A stretch of 64,000 nt of DNA, from positions 24,180,001 to 24,244,000 of the forward strand of contig NC_083227.1 in assembly GCF_032191835.1 (NCBI RefSeq), read 5' to 3'. The translations under genes and the position numbers were made by a program. The DNA comes from Heteronotia binoei (taxonomy: Eukaryota). The first letter of the stretch is position 1; the number at the start of each line of letters is the position of its first letter. The notes under the pieces are model-generated. The model was not told the origin of the DNA. It searched no databases and saw only the letters and a list, made by a program, of their open reading frames with translations. This document shows positions 22,851 through 32,149 of this stretch, piece after piece.

Positions 22851-25800
22851 GCCCCCTCCCGCGGGGCCGACCTTGGGCTTGTGCGGGTACAGTAGGTGAA
22901 ACTTTTTCAGCAGTTGCGGTGCCACTACATTCTGAGACTCGACCCACTCGTCACAGCTCGGGGGGAAGTGTTTCCACCTGATCAAATAATACAGTTTCCC
23001 CCGTTTGACTCTGGAGTCCAGGATCTCCTGGACTTCATGGTGACTCTGACCCCTCACTGTCGTCGGAGGGGGCGGTGGGGCCCTGGGATGGAAGGACGTA
23101 GCACCAGGGTCTTTCCGAAGCAAGCTGCAATGAAAAACAGGATGGATCTTACTTAGTGATTTGGGTAGTTCGAGTTCTACCGTTACTTTATTTATCACCC
23201 TTTTGATTTTGAAAGGTCCTAGGAACTTCAGTGCAAGTTTGCGGCAGGACTGGGGAAGGGGAAGGTTCTTTGTCGACAGGAAAACTGTATCCCCCACCTT
23301 CAGATCCCACTCCGGAGAGTGTTTTTTGTCAAACTGTTTTTTGTAGGCTTTTTTCGCTTCCTCCAGGTTTTCCTGAATTCCCTTCCAGCCTTCACGAAGT
23401 CCCTCCCACCATTGTTGGCATGATGTTGGCTGGGATGGGCTGGCTGGGAGGGCGAGCGTAGGGAACGGCTTGCCCTCGTAACCATTGATGATTTGAAAAG
23501 GGGAGGTTTTGGTTGAGCTATGGAGGCTATTGTTGTAGCCGTATTCTGCAAAAGGGAGGAGATCCACCCAGTTGGACTGTTGGAAATTAATGAAACAGCG
23601 GAGGTATTGTTCTAGAAGGCCATTAACCCTCTCCGTCTGTCCGTCCGACTGGGGGTGGTAGGCAGAACTCAGTCCTTGCTCAATGCCAGCTAGTTTGCAG
23701 AACTCCCGCCAGAAGTTGGCAACGAACTGCGTTCCGCGGTCACTAATGACCTTGTCTGGGAATGAGTGTAGGCGTACAATGTGAGTGAAAAAGAGCTGGG
23801 CAAGTTTTTTGGCTGTAGGTAACTGTTTGCAAGGAATGAAGTGAGCCTGCTTCGAAAAGGTGTCGACTACGACCAAGATGACTGTTTTGCCCTGTGAGGG
23901 CGGGAGCTCTACAATGAAGTCCATGGAGACTACCGACCAAGGTCGGGTGGCTGTAGGGAGGGGAACCAGGTGGCCCGGAGGTTTGCCCCCCCTTCGTTTT
24001 GCCATGAGGCAAGTGGGACATGAGAGTACAAATTCTGAAACATCTTTTTTCATTTTCGGCCACCAAAATTGGCGGGTGAGCAAGTTGAGTGTTTTGACAT
24101 AACCAAAGTGGCCGGCCAAGCGGCTTGAGTGGCAGCGTTCCAAAACCTCCTTCCTGAGGGGATCGGGCACATAGATTTTTTCGTTATGTAACCAGAGCCC
24201 GTTCTCGGCCTTGACCAAGTTGGGGGGGCGGTCAGTTTCTTGTTTGTACTCTGAGAGGAACCGAGAAAGTAACTCTAAGTCCGGTGGATTGGTCTGTTTA
24301 CCGGAGCGGGTGGTGACCCCCCCCGCGATGGCTGAGGGGGAAATTAGTGAGTCCACCACCTCCTCCCTGAGACTGTCGTGTTGGGGCAGGCGGGAAAGGG
24401 CGTCCGCTAAAAAGTTTTTTGAGCCCGGAATGTGTTTCAACACAAAATCAAACTTAGCAAAGAAGCCTGCCCACCGGATCTGTTTTGCAGTCATTTTGCG
24501 ACGCCCCGTGAGGGCTTCCAGGTTTTTGTGATCGGTCCAGATTTCGAAGGGGACTCTCGCTCCTTCAAGCCAGGAGCGCCAGGTTTTTAAGGCAAACATG
24601 ACTGCAAATGCCTCTTTGTCCCAGACCGACCAGTTTCTTTGTTCATTGGAAAATTTCCTGGAAATATAGGCACAGGGTCGGAGCACCCCATTTTCTCCCC
24701 TCTGCATTAATATGGCTCCTACAGCGGCGTCGGAGGCGTCGCATTGGACCACAAAGGGCTTAAGTTCGTCAGGATGAGCCAGCACGGGTTCGGAGGTGAA
24801 GAGGCGTTTTAGCTCAGTGAAAGCTTTTTGACAGTCAGGCGTCCACGTTAGGCGTGCGCCGGGTTTTTTAGCCTCGTCGCCCTTCCCTTTCGTTTTGAGG
24901 AGTTCTGTAAGAGGGAGCATGACCGTGGCGAACCCCTTTATGAAGTCGCGGTAAAAGTTAGCGAACCCGATAAAACTTTGTAACTGCTTGCGGGTTCGAG
25001 GGGGTTCCCAGTCTAACACCGCTTGGACCTTTGCGGGGTCCATGGACAATCCCTCCCCCGACACCCGGAAGCCCAAGTAATCCAGTTCGGTCTTGTGGAA
25101 TTCACATTTTGACAATTTGGCATACAGTTTGTGTTTACAAAGGGTGCTTAACACTTTTCTGACCAAAGGCACATGAGACTTTAGATCTTGTGAATAGATA
25201 ATGATGTCATCAAGGTACACCACCACCCCCTTGAACAGGAAGTCCCGCAGCACTTCATTAATAAAGTTCATAAAAACACCCGGGGCTCCCTGTAGCCCAA
25301 ACGGCATGACAAGGTACTCAAATTGTCCCAGTGGGGTGTTGAAGGCTGTCTTCCACTCGTCCCCCTCTTTGATGCGGACGCGGAAGTAAGCGTCTCGGAG
25401 GTCGAGTTTGGTAAATACTTTCCCCTTTGCTACGGTGTTTAATAAGTCCTTTATCAACGGGATCGGGTAGGCGTTGGACATGGAAATCCCGTTTATCGCA
25501 CGAAAATCTGTGCAAAGCCTAAGCGACCCGTCCTTCTTCTTTCGGAACAGGACAGGGGCGGCATGGGGAGCTGTGGCGGGTCGAATAAAGCCACGCTTTA
25601 GATTTTTGTCCAAAAACTTTCGGAGTTCAGCTTTCTCCGCCCAACCCATGGAGTACAGTTTCGCTTTGGGAAGCTGCTGCCCTGGGATTAGCTCAATGGC
25701 ACAGTCTGTAGGGCGGTGGGGCGGTAGCTCATCCGCTTCCTTCTCGCTAAATGCCAGCTTTAAGTCTCGGTACTCCTTGGGGATGGAGGCGACTTCCTCG

Positions 25801-26306
25801 AGTGTGAGGCACGCCCGCATGTTTTGGGGGGGAGCGTGCGGCCCCCACTCGGGGCGCCAGTGGTGATGCTCGCACCTCCAATCCGGGAACCGGACGAGCT
25901 GTTCCTCCCACCTTATGTCGGGTTGGTGGCGGGCGAGCCAAGCTGAGCCTACTACCACGTCGAAAGAGCAGGAGGGGGCGATTACGAAAGTCTCAATTCC
26001 CCAATGCTCCTCAGTCCCTACCGGGACCGCCTGAGTTTCTAAAGTACATGGTTCCCCTCTCATGGGCCCCCCGTCCATTTGCTGGAACTGCATCGGTTGC
26101 GGCAGGGGCGAAGTGGCTAATCCCAGCGCCTCAACTAGGCGGGGGGTGATCAAGTCCCTGTTACACCCTGAGTCGATTAGCGCTCGGGCGTGCATGAATC
26201 TCTTAAGGTTCGGGTTAAGGAGGGTGACGGCCATAAAAAGTAAACCCCCAGTTGCTCTCACCGTGAGGAGTGCCGGCTGTTGTTGGACCTGCTTTGCGGC
26301 ACCCAT
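22845..26306 (-). CDS. pol: Pol polyprotein: protease, RT, RNase H, integrase, chromodomain (reached by -1 frameshift)
   Basis: LIDSG protease; MPFGL and YLDD RT; CDAS/TDH/ADALSR RNase H; H-H-C-C, MDFI/SDRG/GQTE integrase; GPF motif; EVQEILDSR...YLIRWKHF...EW chromodomain. 1153 codons open. Confidence 0.95.
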   Translation of the reverse strand: MGAAKQVQQQPALLTVRATGGLLFMAVTLLNPNLKRFMHARALIDSGCNRDLITPRLVEALGLATSPLPQPMQFQQMDGGPMRGEPCTLETQAVPVGTEEHWGIETFVIAPSCSFDVVVGSAWLARHQPDIRWEEQLVRFPDWRCEHHHWRPEWGPHAPPQNMRACLTLEEVASIPKEYRDLKLAFSEKEADELPPHRPTDCAIELIPGQQLPKAKLYSMGWAEKAELRKFLDKNLKRGFIRPATAPHAAPVLFRKKKDGSLRLCTDFRAINGISMSNAYPIPLIKDLLNTVAKGKVFTKLDLRDAYFRVRIKEGDEWKTAFNTPLGQFEYLVMPFGLQGAPGVFMNFINEVLRDFLFKGVVVYLDDIIIYSQDLKSHVPLVRKVLSTLCKHKLYAKLSKCEFHKTELDYLGFRVSGEGLSMDPAKVQAVLDWEPPRTRKQLQSFIGFANFYRDFIKGFATVMLPLTELLKTKGKGDEAKKPGARLTWTPDCQKAFTELKRLFTSEPVLAHPDELKPFVVQCDASDAAVGAILMQRGENGVLRPCAYISRKFSNEQRNWSVWDKEAFAVMFALKTWRSWLEGARVPFEIWTDHKNLEALTGRRKMTAKQIRWAGFFAKFDFVLKHIPGSKNFLADALSRLPQHDSLREEVVDSLISPSAIAGGVTTRSGKQTNPPDLELLSRFLSEYKQETDRPPNLVKAENGLWLHNEKIYVPDPLRKEVLERCHSSRLAGHFGYVKTLNLLTRQFWWPKMKKDVSEFVLSCPTCLMAKRRGGKPPGHLVPLPTATRPWSVVSMDFIVELPPSQGKTVILVVVDTFSKQAHFIPCKQLPTAKKLAQLFFTHIVRLHSFPDKVISDRGTQFVANFWREFCKLAGIEQGLSSAYHPQSDGQTERVNGLLEQYLRCFINFQQSNWVDLLPFAEYGYNNSLHSSTKTSPFQIINGYEGKPFPTLALPASPSQPTSCQQWWEGLREGWKGIQENLEEAKKAYKKQFDKKHSPEWDLKVGDTVFLSTKNLPLPQSCRKLALKFLGPFKIKRVINKVTVELELPKSLSKIHPVFHCSLLRKDPGATSFHPRAPPPPPTTVRGQSHHEVQEILDSRVKRGKLYYLIRWKHFPPSCDEWVESQNVVAPQLLKKFHLLYPHKPKVGPAGGGA

Positions 26307-26330
26307 TAAAGCAGGTCGCTGTCGTTTCCC
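26268..26330 (-). promoter_or_regulatory. -1 ribosomal frameshift signal: G GGA AAC slippery site + H-type pseudoknot
   Basis: Slippery heptamer 26330-26324, 6 nt spacer, stem 1 GACCTGCTTT/AAAGCAGGTC, stem 2 GGGTGCCG/CGGCACTC. Confidence 0.88.
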
Positions 26331-27880
26331 GCCGACTCGGTATCGTCCGACTCCTCGGTCGATTCTTCGACTGCCGCCAGGCTGGTGGTAAAATCCTCGT
26401 CAGTCGCCAAGGAAGTGGCGACGGAGCCCCGACTGGGCTCCTTCGATCGGCTGCTCTTCTTCTTCTTCGGGCCCGGGGTGGTTGGCCGCGCCGTGGGTGG
26501 TGTGGATCCCGCTTTCCCAGGGCAGTTAGCAGCAAGATGATTTGGGTCCCCGCATTGGAAGCACTTGCGGGCGGGAGACGGGGTGGAGGTCGTCGGAGCC
26601 TTCTTCCCTTCGGATTTAGTTGGGGTGTGTTTGGCTCCCTTCCTCGCTAGTTGCTGTCTCCTCATCCCCACGTGTTGGAGGTTGGTCTCCACTTCCCCGG
26701 CCAGTTGGATCCAGCCGACCAGCGTGTCGGGCCTTCCCTGACTGTAACAGCGGTCGAGGATGCTCGGATTCAACCCGTTGATGAACGCGGTGTATTTCAT
26801 GACCTCGTTCCATCCCCTCGCTGCCGCACAGTACCCCAGGAATTCGGTGGCGTACTCGCGGGTGGAGCGGTTGCCCTGTTCGATGCGTTGGAGGGCAGCG
26901 ACCGCCTTCTCCTCCCGCAAGGGATCTCCATACTGGCGGAGCATCGCGTGCAGGAACCCTGCCACGGTAGCTAATTCGGGCTTTCTTCCCATGAAAAGCC
27001 CCACATACCATTTGCGGGCCGCCCCTCTCAGTCGAGACGCGATGTGGTACACTCGGCTGGCCTCGGTAGGGTAGTCGGCGCCCCAGTGGGTGAAAAACGT
27101 GTCGCACTGAATAGTAAAGTATTCCACGTCCTCCGGATTCCCATCGAACGTAATCTTCAGCTCTCTTCCCCGTCCCTCGGCCCCTCCTGGCGCTCGCGGC
27201 GCCCCAGGCGGCGGTGCTGGGCCCGGTAGGGCCGGCGGGATCGGACCGGGTAGTGCAGGCGGCGCCGGGGCGGCCGGGGCCCCTGGTGCGGGCGGCGCCG
27301 GCGGTGCCGGGGCGGCCGGAGCCGGCGGAGCCGGAGGTGCCGGGGCCGCTGGGGCCGCTGGGGCCGGCGGCGCCGGGGCAGCTGGAGCCTGCGGGGCGGG
27401 GGCCGGCGGGGCGACAGGCGGTTGCCCCAGTGGCAACACTCCATACGGTATCCCCAGGACCGCGGTTTGCAAAGTGCGGAGCTGGTCGTGGATAGCGCCC
27501 AGGTTCTGCTGCATCTCCTCGGCCATCGTCACGCGGGAACGGTGCACATCGCCGTGGATTTCCCGCACCCAATCGAATAGTTCGTTGCGGAGGGTCCGGA
27601 TCGGGTCTTCCCCCCCTCGGGGCTCCGTGCCCTCCGCCTGGCCCTCGTCGTCGTCTCCTGCCCCTCCTTCGCCCAACATGCTTCGATACCGCTGCTCCGC
27701 GGCGTCGATTGCTGCCGTGGACTTCCGCGGGCTCCAGGTTCGCGGGGCCGGGAAGGCGGCGTCGACCGAGAAGGGCGCTGGAACCTTAATTTTGCGTCGG
27801 ACCCCCGTCACGTTTGGGTCGAGCGGCGGGTCCTCCGATGGGGTGGTGGGCTCTCCGTCGTCTGGTACTTTTGCCGCCAT
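26306..27880 (-). CDS. gag: Gag: Pro/Ala hinge, capsid domain, CCHC zinc knuckle
   Basis: Likely ATG at 27880 (MAAKVPDD). FDGNPE...LRGAARKWY...QGNRSTREYATEF capsid motifs; CFQCGDPNHLAANC knuckle; TAA at 26306-26308. Confidence 0.93.
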   Translation of the reverse strand: MAAKVPDDGEPTTPSEDPPLDPNVTGVRRKIKVPAPFSVDAAFPAPRTWSPRKSTAAIDAAEQRYRSMLGEGGAGDDDEGQAEGTEPRGGEDPIRTLRNELFDWVREIHGDVHRSRVTMAEEMQQNLGAIHDQLRTLQTAVLGIPYGVLPLGQPPVAPPAPAPQAPAAPAPPAPAAPAAPAPPAPPAPAAPAPPAPPAPGAPAAPAPPALPGPIPPALPGPAPPPGAPRAPGGAEGRGRELKITFDGNPEDVEYFTIQCDTFFTHWGADYPTEASRVYHIASRLRGAARKWYVGLFMGRKPELATVAGFLHAMLRQYGDPLREEKAVAALQRIEQGNRSTREYATEFLGYCAAARGWNEVMKYTAFINGLNPSILDRCYSQGRPDTLVGWIQLAGEVETNLQHVGMRRQQLARKGAKHTPTKSEGKKAPTTSTPSPARKCFQCGDPNHLAANCPGKAGSTPPTARPTTPGPKKKKSSRSKEPSRGSVATSLATDEDFTTSLAAVEESTEESDDTESAGNDSDLL

Positions 27881-27920
27881 CGAGCCAAGCCTCCAGTACA
27901 GATAAGCCACGAACAATGGG

Positions 27921-27931
27921 ATTACTGTTAT
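27921..27931 (-). promoter_or_regulatory. Self-priming primer binding site (ATAACAGTAAT)
   Basis: 2 nt downstream of the 5' LTR; no TGG start; perfectly complementary to 11 nt at 28033-28023 in the LTR. Confidence 0.8.
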
Positions 27932-27933
27932 AA

Positions 27934-28417
27934 TGTCAGAACTCAAGAACTTCAAACGGATCCCATACTTAGTTACAAAGCTAGGATTTTATTGAGGAGA
28001 ACTAGGTGCTGGAAAAGGCAAGATAACAGTAATGGCGAGAGCCAGCATCAGCTTGATTTTATACACGTAAAGCAAACATCTCACAAAGCCACAATTCACA
28101 TTGTAGGGCGCAGCTGTCTTCTCACCATCACTATCAGTAGAGAGGATGCCTCCCTACTCCGAAGGCCATGCTGTTCGGCTTCAAAGGGTCCCAGTGTGAG
28201 AATGTGCAGAGACAAGACATAATTCATTCTACAGCCCCAAATATTTTGGATACCAGTGGGGCAAGGTTAATTACTATTCAGGCACTCTGGGTTAAGCAGA
28301 GGTTACAACATGGAGTCAGTTTGGTTCAGTAACAATACAGCTCCAAGCCACAATAAAACTACCATACAGCATTGGTCACATTATAGAGGACCAGCAGCAA
28401 AGATACAAGTTCTGACA
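27934..28417 (-). repeat. 5' LTR with TATA box (28063-28057), predicted TSS 28033 and AATAAA (27993-27988)
   Basis: TATAAAA lies 30 nt upstream of a CA+1 initiator-like site; poly(A) hexamer 40 nt downstream of it. Confidence 0.93.
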
Positions 28418-29531
28418 TCGTTTTTGTTTGTTTTTTAAAGAAAATCTCTAGCAACTTTTGTTGTGGAGATATAAGAGGCGAAAGCACATCTCCACAAACA
28501 AAAGGGGCTGGAGACTTACCTAAAAAAAAAAGCTGGGAATTCAGAGAACCTGTTAATTGTCTGAATGTTACAGCAATGTAACCAATATTCTGTGTTTACC
28601 TGGAGAAAATGGCCATTTTGGAAGGTGGACTCTATGGCATTGATGTCCCGTCCCGTCCCATCCCTCCCCTCCCCAAACCCCACCCTCCACAGACTTCACC
28701 CCCAAAATCTTGAGGTATCTGCCAGCCTGGAGAAGGCAAAGAAGAATAGGAAAGAAAAGAAAAAGAGGAGGAGGAGAGATCTGCACATGTTAATGATGTG
28801 GGAACCTGTCATGTGGAAGCCCCATCGCTCTAGCCCTGGATTGGCAGCCACAGGACCAAGAGGGCAACTAGAGATGCCATGTGGAAAACTCTGTCTCCCT
28901 CACCTTTTATCTACTTTGCCCTGTCCATCAATTTGGGTTCCAGACACCACTGCCAGGACTCCCTAGGCTGAGTAAGGAGTGCCTTGGTTGCAGTGCTGGA
29001 TTAAACCCTGTGGAGGCCCCTAGGCAGTTGAAATCTTGGGGGGCCCCCCTCACAAATTATCTGAGTCGGAGCGCCCTCCCCACCGTCCACAGCCCCTGCT
29101 GCAGCCTGCGGGCACCTTCTCAAAAGCCCCTTTGACAAAGGTGTGGGGGAGAGGCGGAGAGAGGCAAACTTGGCGACAACACCACCAGCAGCCGCACCAA
29201 ACAAGTTGGGCAAAGAGCAGCTCAGTTGCTGCCTGCATGTGCAGGCTGGGAGGGCTGCAAGCAGGGGGAAAACTAGGGCGGGGAAGCTGGTCCAGGGCTC
29301 CTAAAGGTATGCGGCCCATAGACCAGAGCCTACTTGGCCTAATTGTTAATCCGGCTCCGTTTGGTTGCTAGGCAACCTCCCTGTAATCTGGTGAGATTTT
29401 GCAAGATCTCAGTTTGCATTGTCTAATTAAGGGAAATTTCACCCCAAACCATCTTTTAAAAAGTTTTTGTAATTGTCTTCAGACCTGCCTCAAGCCCCAG
29501 AAGGAGCTGCCAGGCCTCCCTCCTTCCTTAC

Positions 29532-29652
29532 CCAACAAGCTGGCCTCTCCGTCCTCCACTTCCTTGATCTCTATCCAAGGATGCCTCTGCTCACTCTCAG
29601 ATGGAGCTTGGCCTGCCTCGGAGATATTCCCAGCCGCTGCTTCCAAGAACAC
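29532..29652 (-). CDS. SCAN-ZF gene B, linker exon (VFLEAAAGNISEAGQAPSE...), 121 nt
   Basis: TGTTGTAG acceptor, G|GTAAGG donor, phase 0 to 1. Confidence 0.85.
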
Positions 29653-30209
29653 CTACAACAGCACAGAGGGAACCTTTCAGGGCAGACACACAGAGTGAAA
29701 TATTCGGTCGCCCACCCCGAGCTGAATAGCTCCGTTGCTGCATAACAGAGAGAAATTCAAGATGGGGTTTCCATAATTAATGGAACTTACCAAGAACACC
29801 ACTTGGGACAAGAACTGTAAAACAAAATGAAGGATAAGAAACAAAATGAAAGATAAGAGGGGACTGGATGAACATATGGAGCAGAGGTCCATCAGTGGCT
29901 TATTAGCCACAGCTTATCGTTGGAGCTCTCTGTCTGGGGTAAGTGATGCTCTGTATTCTTGGTGCTTGGGTGGGGCAACAGTGGGAGGGCTTCTAGTGTC
30001 CTGGCCCCACTGATGGACCTCCTGATGGCACCTGGAGTTTTTTTTGCCACTGTGTGACACAGAGTGTTGGACTGGATGGGCCATGGGCCTGATCCAACAT
30101 GGCTTCTCTTATGTTCTTATAAGAACCCACTGAGATGGAGAGAGGTCTCAGCCCCTGTTCTATCCCAGACCCTCCTGCACTGAGGGCCCACAGAACAAAA
30201 AGGCCTCAC

Positions 30210-30929
30210 CTGCTTCTCCTGCCTCAAGAGGAACTCCTCGGCCAGGGCCACTGCCTGAGAACAGCTCTCGGGGCCGCTTTCCCTCACACAGCTCTGGATC
30301 TCCGAGGGCAGGATGCTCAGCAGTTGCTCCAGGATCAAGAGCTCCAGGATCTGCTCCTTGTTGTGATTCTCCACTCTCAGCCAACTGTGGCAGATTTCCC
30401 GGAGTTGGGTGTAAGCCCCCCGGGGCCCCTCAGCCTCCTTGTAGCTGAAACACCGGAACTGCTGGCGCTGCTTCTCTCGGTTCAGGGCATCCCTTCTCAA
30501 GATGGCTGCCTTCACCTTCCCATAATCCTGTTTGTCTTTGGCATCAAGACTCTTAAAGGCTTTTGCAGCTTCTCCACTGAGGGCTGGCAGGAGTCGGATC
30601 GCCCACTCGTCTCTGGGCCACCAACAGGCTTCGGCCACTTGCTCAAAGGAGGCCAGGAAGGCCTTGGCATCCTCCCAGGGGGAAGGCTTCTTTGGCAAGA
30701 GGGGGATTCCCCATCTAGAGTGTGGTGACTCCAGTGTCTTTAGGAATTCCTGCCACTGGGCTTCCCACTGTATGAGGGAAAGGGATCCCTCCCCAGCTCG
30801 CTGATCCATCAGATCTCCCGGTGTCTTTTGTAGTAATTCCCTAATACTCCCAGCCTGGAGGACGTGAGGGGATTTTCCTGTTCCCTCGGATACTTCCCCT
30901 ATTGTGGTACCTTGCCCCTCCATTTTCAT
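30210..30929 (-). CDS. SCAN-ZF gene B, extended SCAN exon, 240 codons
   Basis: MKMEGQ...[31 protein letters not shown]...[18 protein letters not shown]; CAG|GTGAGG donor. Confidence 0.9.
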
Positions 30930-31639
30930 ATCAGGTGCTCACTGAGGTGTTCATATAGAAAACTATCAAAACAAATTACAGTATTGTTGACTGGGCTTCT
31001 CCCTAGAGAAAAAAAGACAGAAACAGAAAAGAGAGAGAATGGATAAAAGTGGTATCGTACCCTCTATTTTGGATTTTACTGGTCATACAAAGAAAATTAC
31101 AACTAAAGCTATGTCAGTAAAGGACTATAATTTTTTTAAAAATAAAATATATTATTTATATTTAAAAGTTTAGGGTTTGTTTTATGGGTTGGAATCAGAC
31201 CGTTCCACCCAGTCTGTCCTGTCAAATGATGTTATTTGGGTTGGCTGCGGACAGAGGTGCCTGGGATCGAACCTGCTGCATGCAAGGCATGTTCTTAACC
31301 ACTATAACTATGGCACGGCTTCACTTCCACCCCACTGACCTGAGAGCAGAAGTTCTCTTACAAAAAAATTTCAAAGGGAGATTAGAGAGACTGCTGAATT
31401 GCAACTGATCATGAAGCTCAAGACAATGCATCCTCCAGGACTGAACTGAGATCCAGGTTTCCTATCTCATTACCAATGGTGATTTCTCCACATGAACTAC
31501 CCCTCTGCATATCACACCTAATCCAATCACACTTGCTACTGTCATTCACCTGTCATTTGGCATCTGAAATCACTCTGCTGTCCAATTATAAGGATAGAGT
31601 CACATTCTAGATGTATCTGAAGAAATGACTAGTGACTCA

Positions 31640-31985
31640 CAGTTTGGTTAGTGGTTAAGTATGCAGACTCTTATCTGGGAGAACAAGGTTTGATTCCCTA
31701 CTCCTCCATTTGTACCTGCTGGAATGGCCTTGGGTCAGTCACAGCTCTGGCAGAAGTTGTCCTTGAAAGGGCAGCTGCTCTGAACAGAGGGAAAAAAATC
31801 CCCCTTACTAGAGGGCAGCAGCACTGTCTTCCAGCCAAACAGGAAGAGGGCAGCTGCTGTGAGAGCCCTCTCAACCCCACCCACCTCACAGGGTGTCTGT
31901 TGTGGGGGAGGAAGATAAAGGAGATTGTGAGCCACTCTGAGATTTGGAGTGAAAGGCGGGATATAAATCCAACATCATCATCATC
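31640..31985 (+). mobile_element. tRNA-derived SINE (Squam3-like) with an internal insertion/duplication
   Basis: Head and tail match 12270-12530; AGGGCAGCTGCT occurs twice. Confidence 0.75.
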
Positions 31986-32149
31986 AAAAGCCAAACATTT
32001 TGTTAGTCTTTTAGGTGCTCCTGGACTCTTGCTTTTTCCTACTGCTACAGACAGACTAACCCATCTCAATCTATCTTCCACCCCACAGAAATCCTTTCAT
32101 CAGCTACAGAGAACAGCACTTGAGGAGGCACTACACGGAGTCCTGTTGT

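Larger units (their letters stand above)
22350..28417 (-). mobile_element. Full-length, apparently intact Ty3/Gypsy chromovirus (Tf1/sushi-like LTR retrotransposon)
   Basis: Two 484 bp LTRs (TGTCAGAACT...AGTTCTGACA); 5 bp TSD TCGTT at 22345-22349 and 28418-28422; open gag and pol; PPT; chromodomain. Confidence 0.97.

Noticed and set aside
26616-27572. Overlapping and antisense ORFs inside gag
   Set aside because: Expected from very high GC content and the Pro/Ala repeat; no motifs.
27881-27955. Gag extension starting in U5 (MKFLSSDII...)
   Set aside because: Begins at a non-ATG codon in the LTR and crosses the PBS; the ATG at 27880 has good Kozak context.
19569-29531. Searched for a KRAB exon in the last introns of genes B and C (also 41066-44096)
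   Set aside because: No [14 protein letters not shown] exon found by eye; a highly diverged one cannot be excluded without an HMM search.
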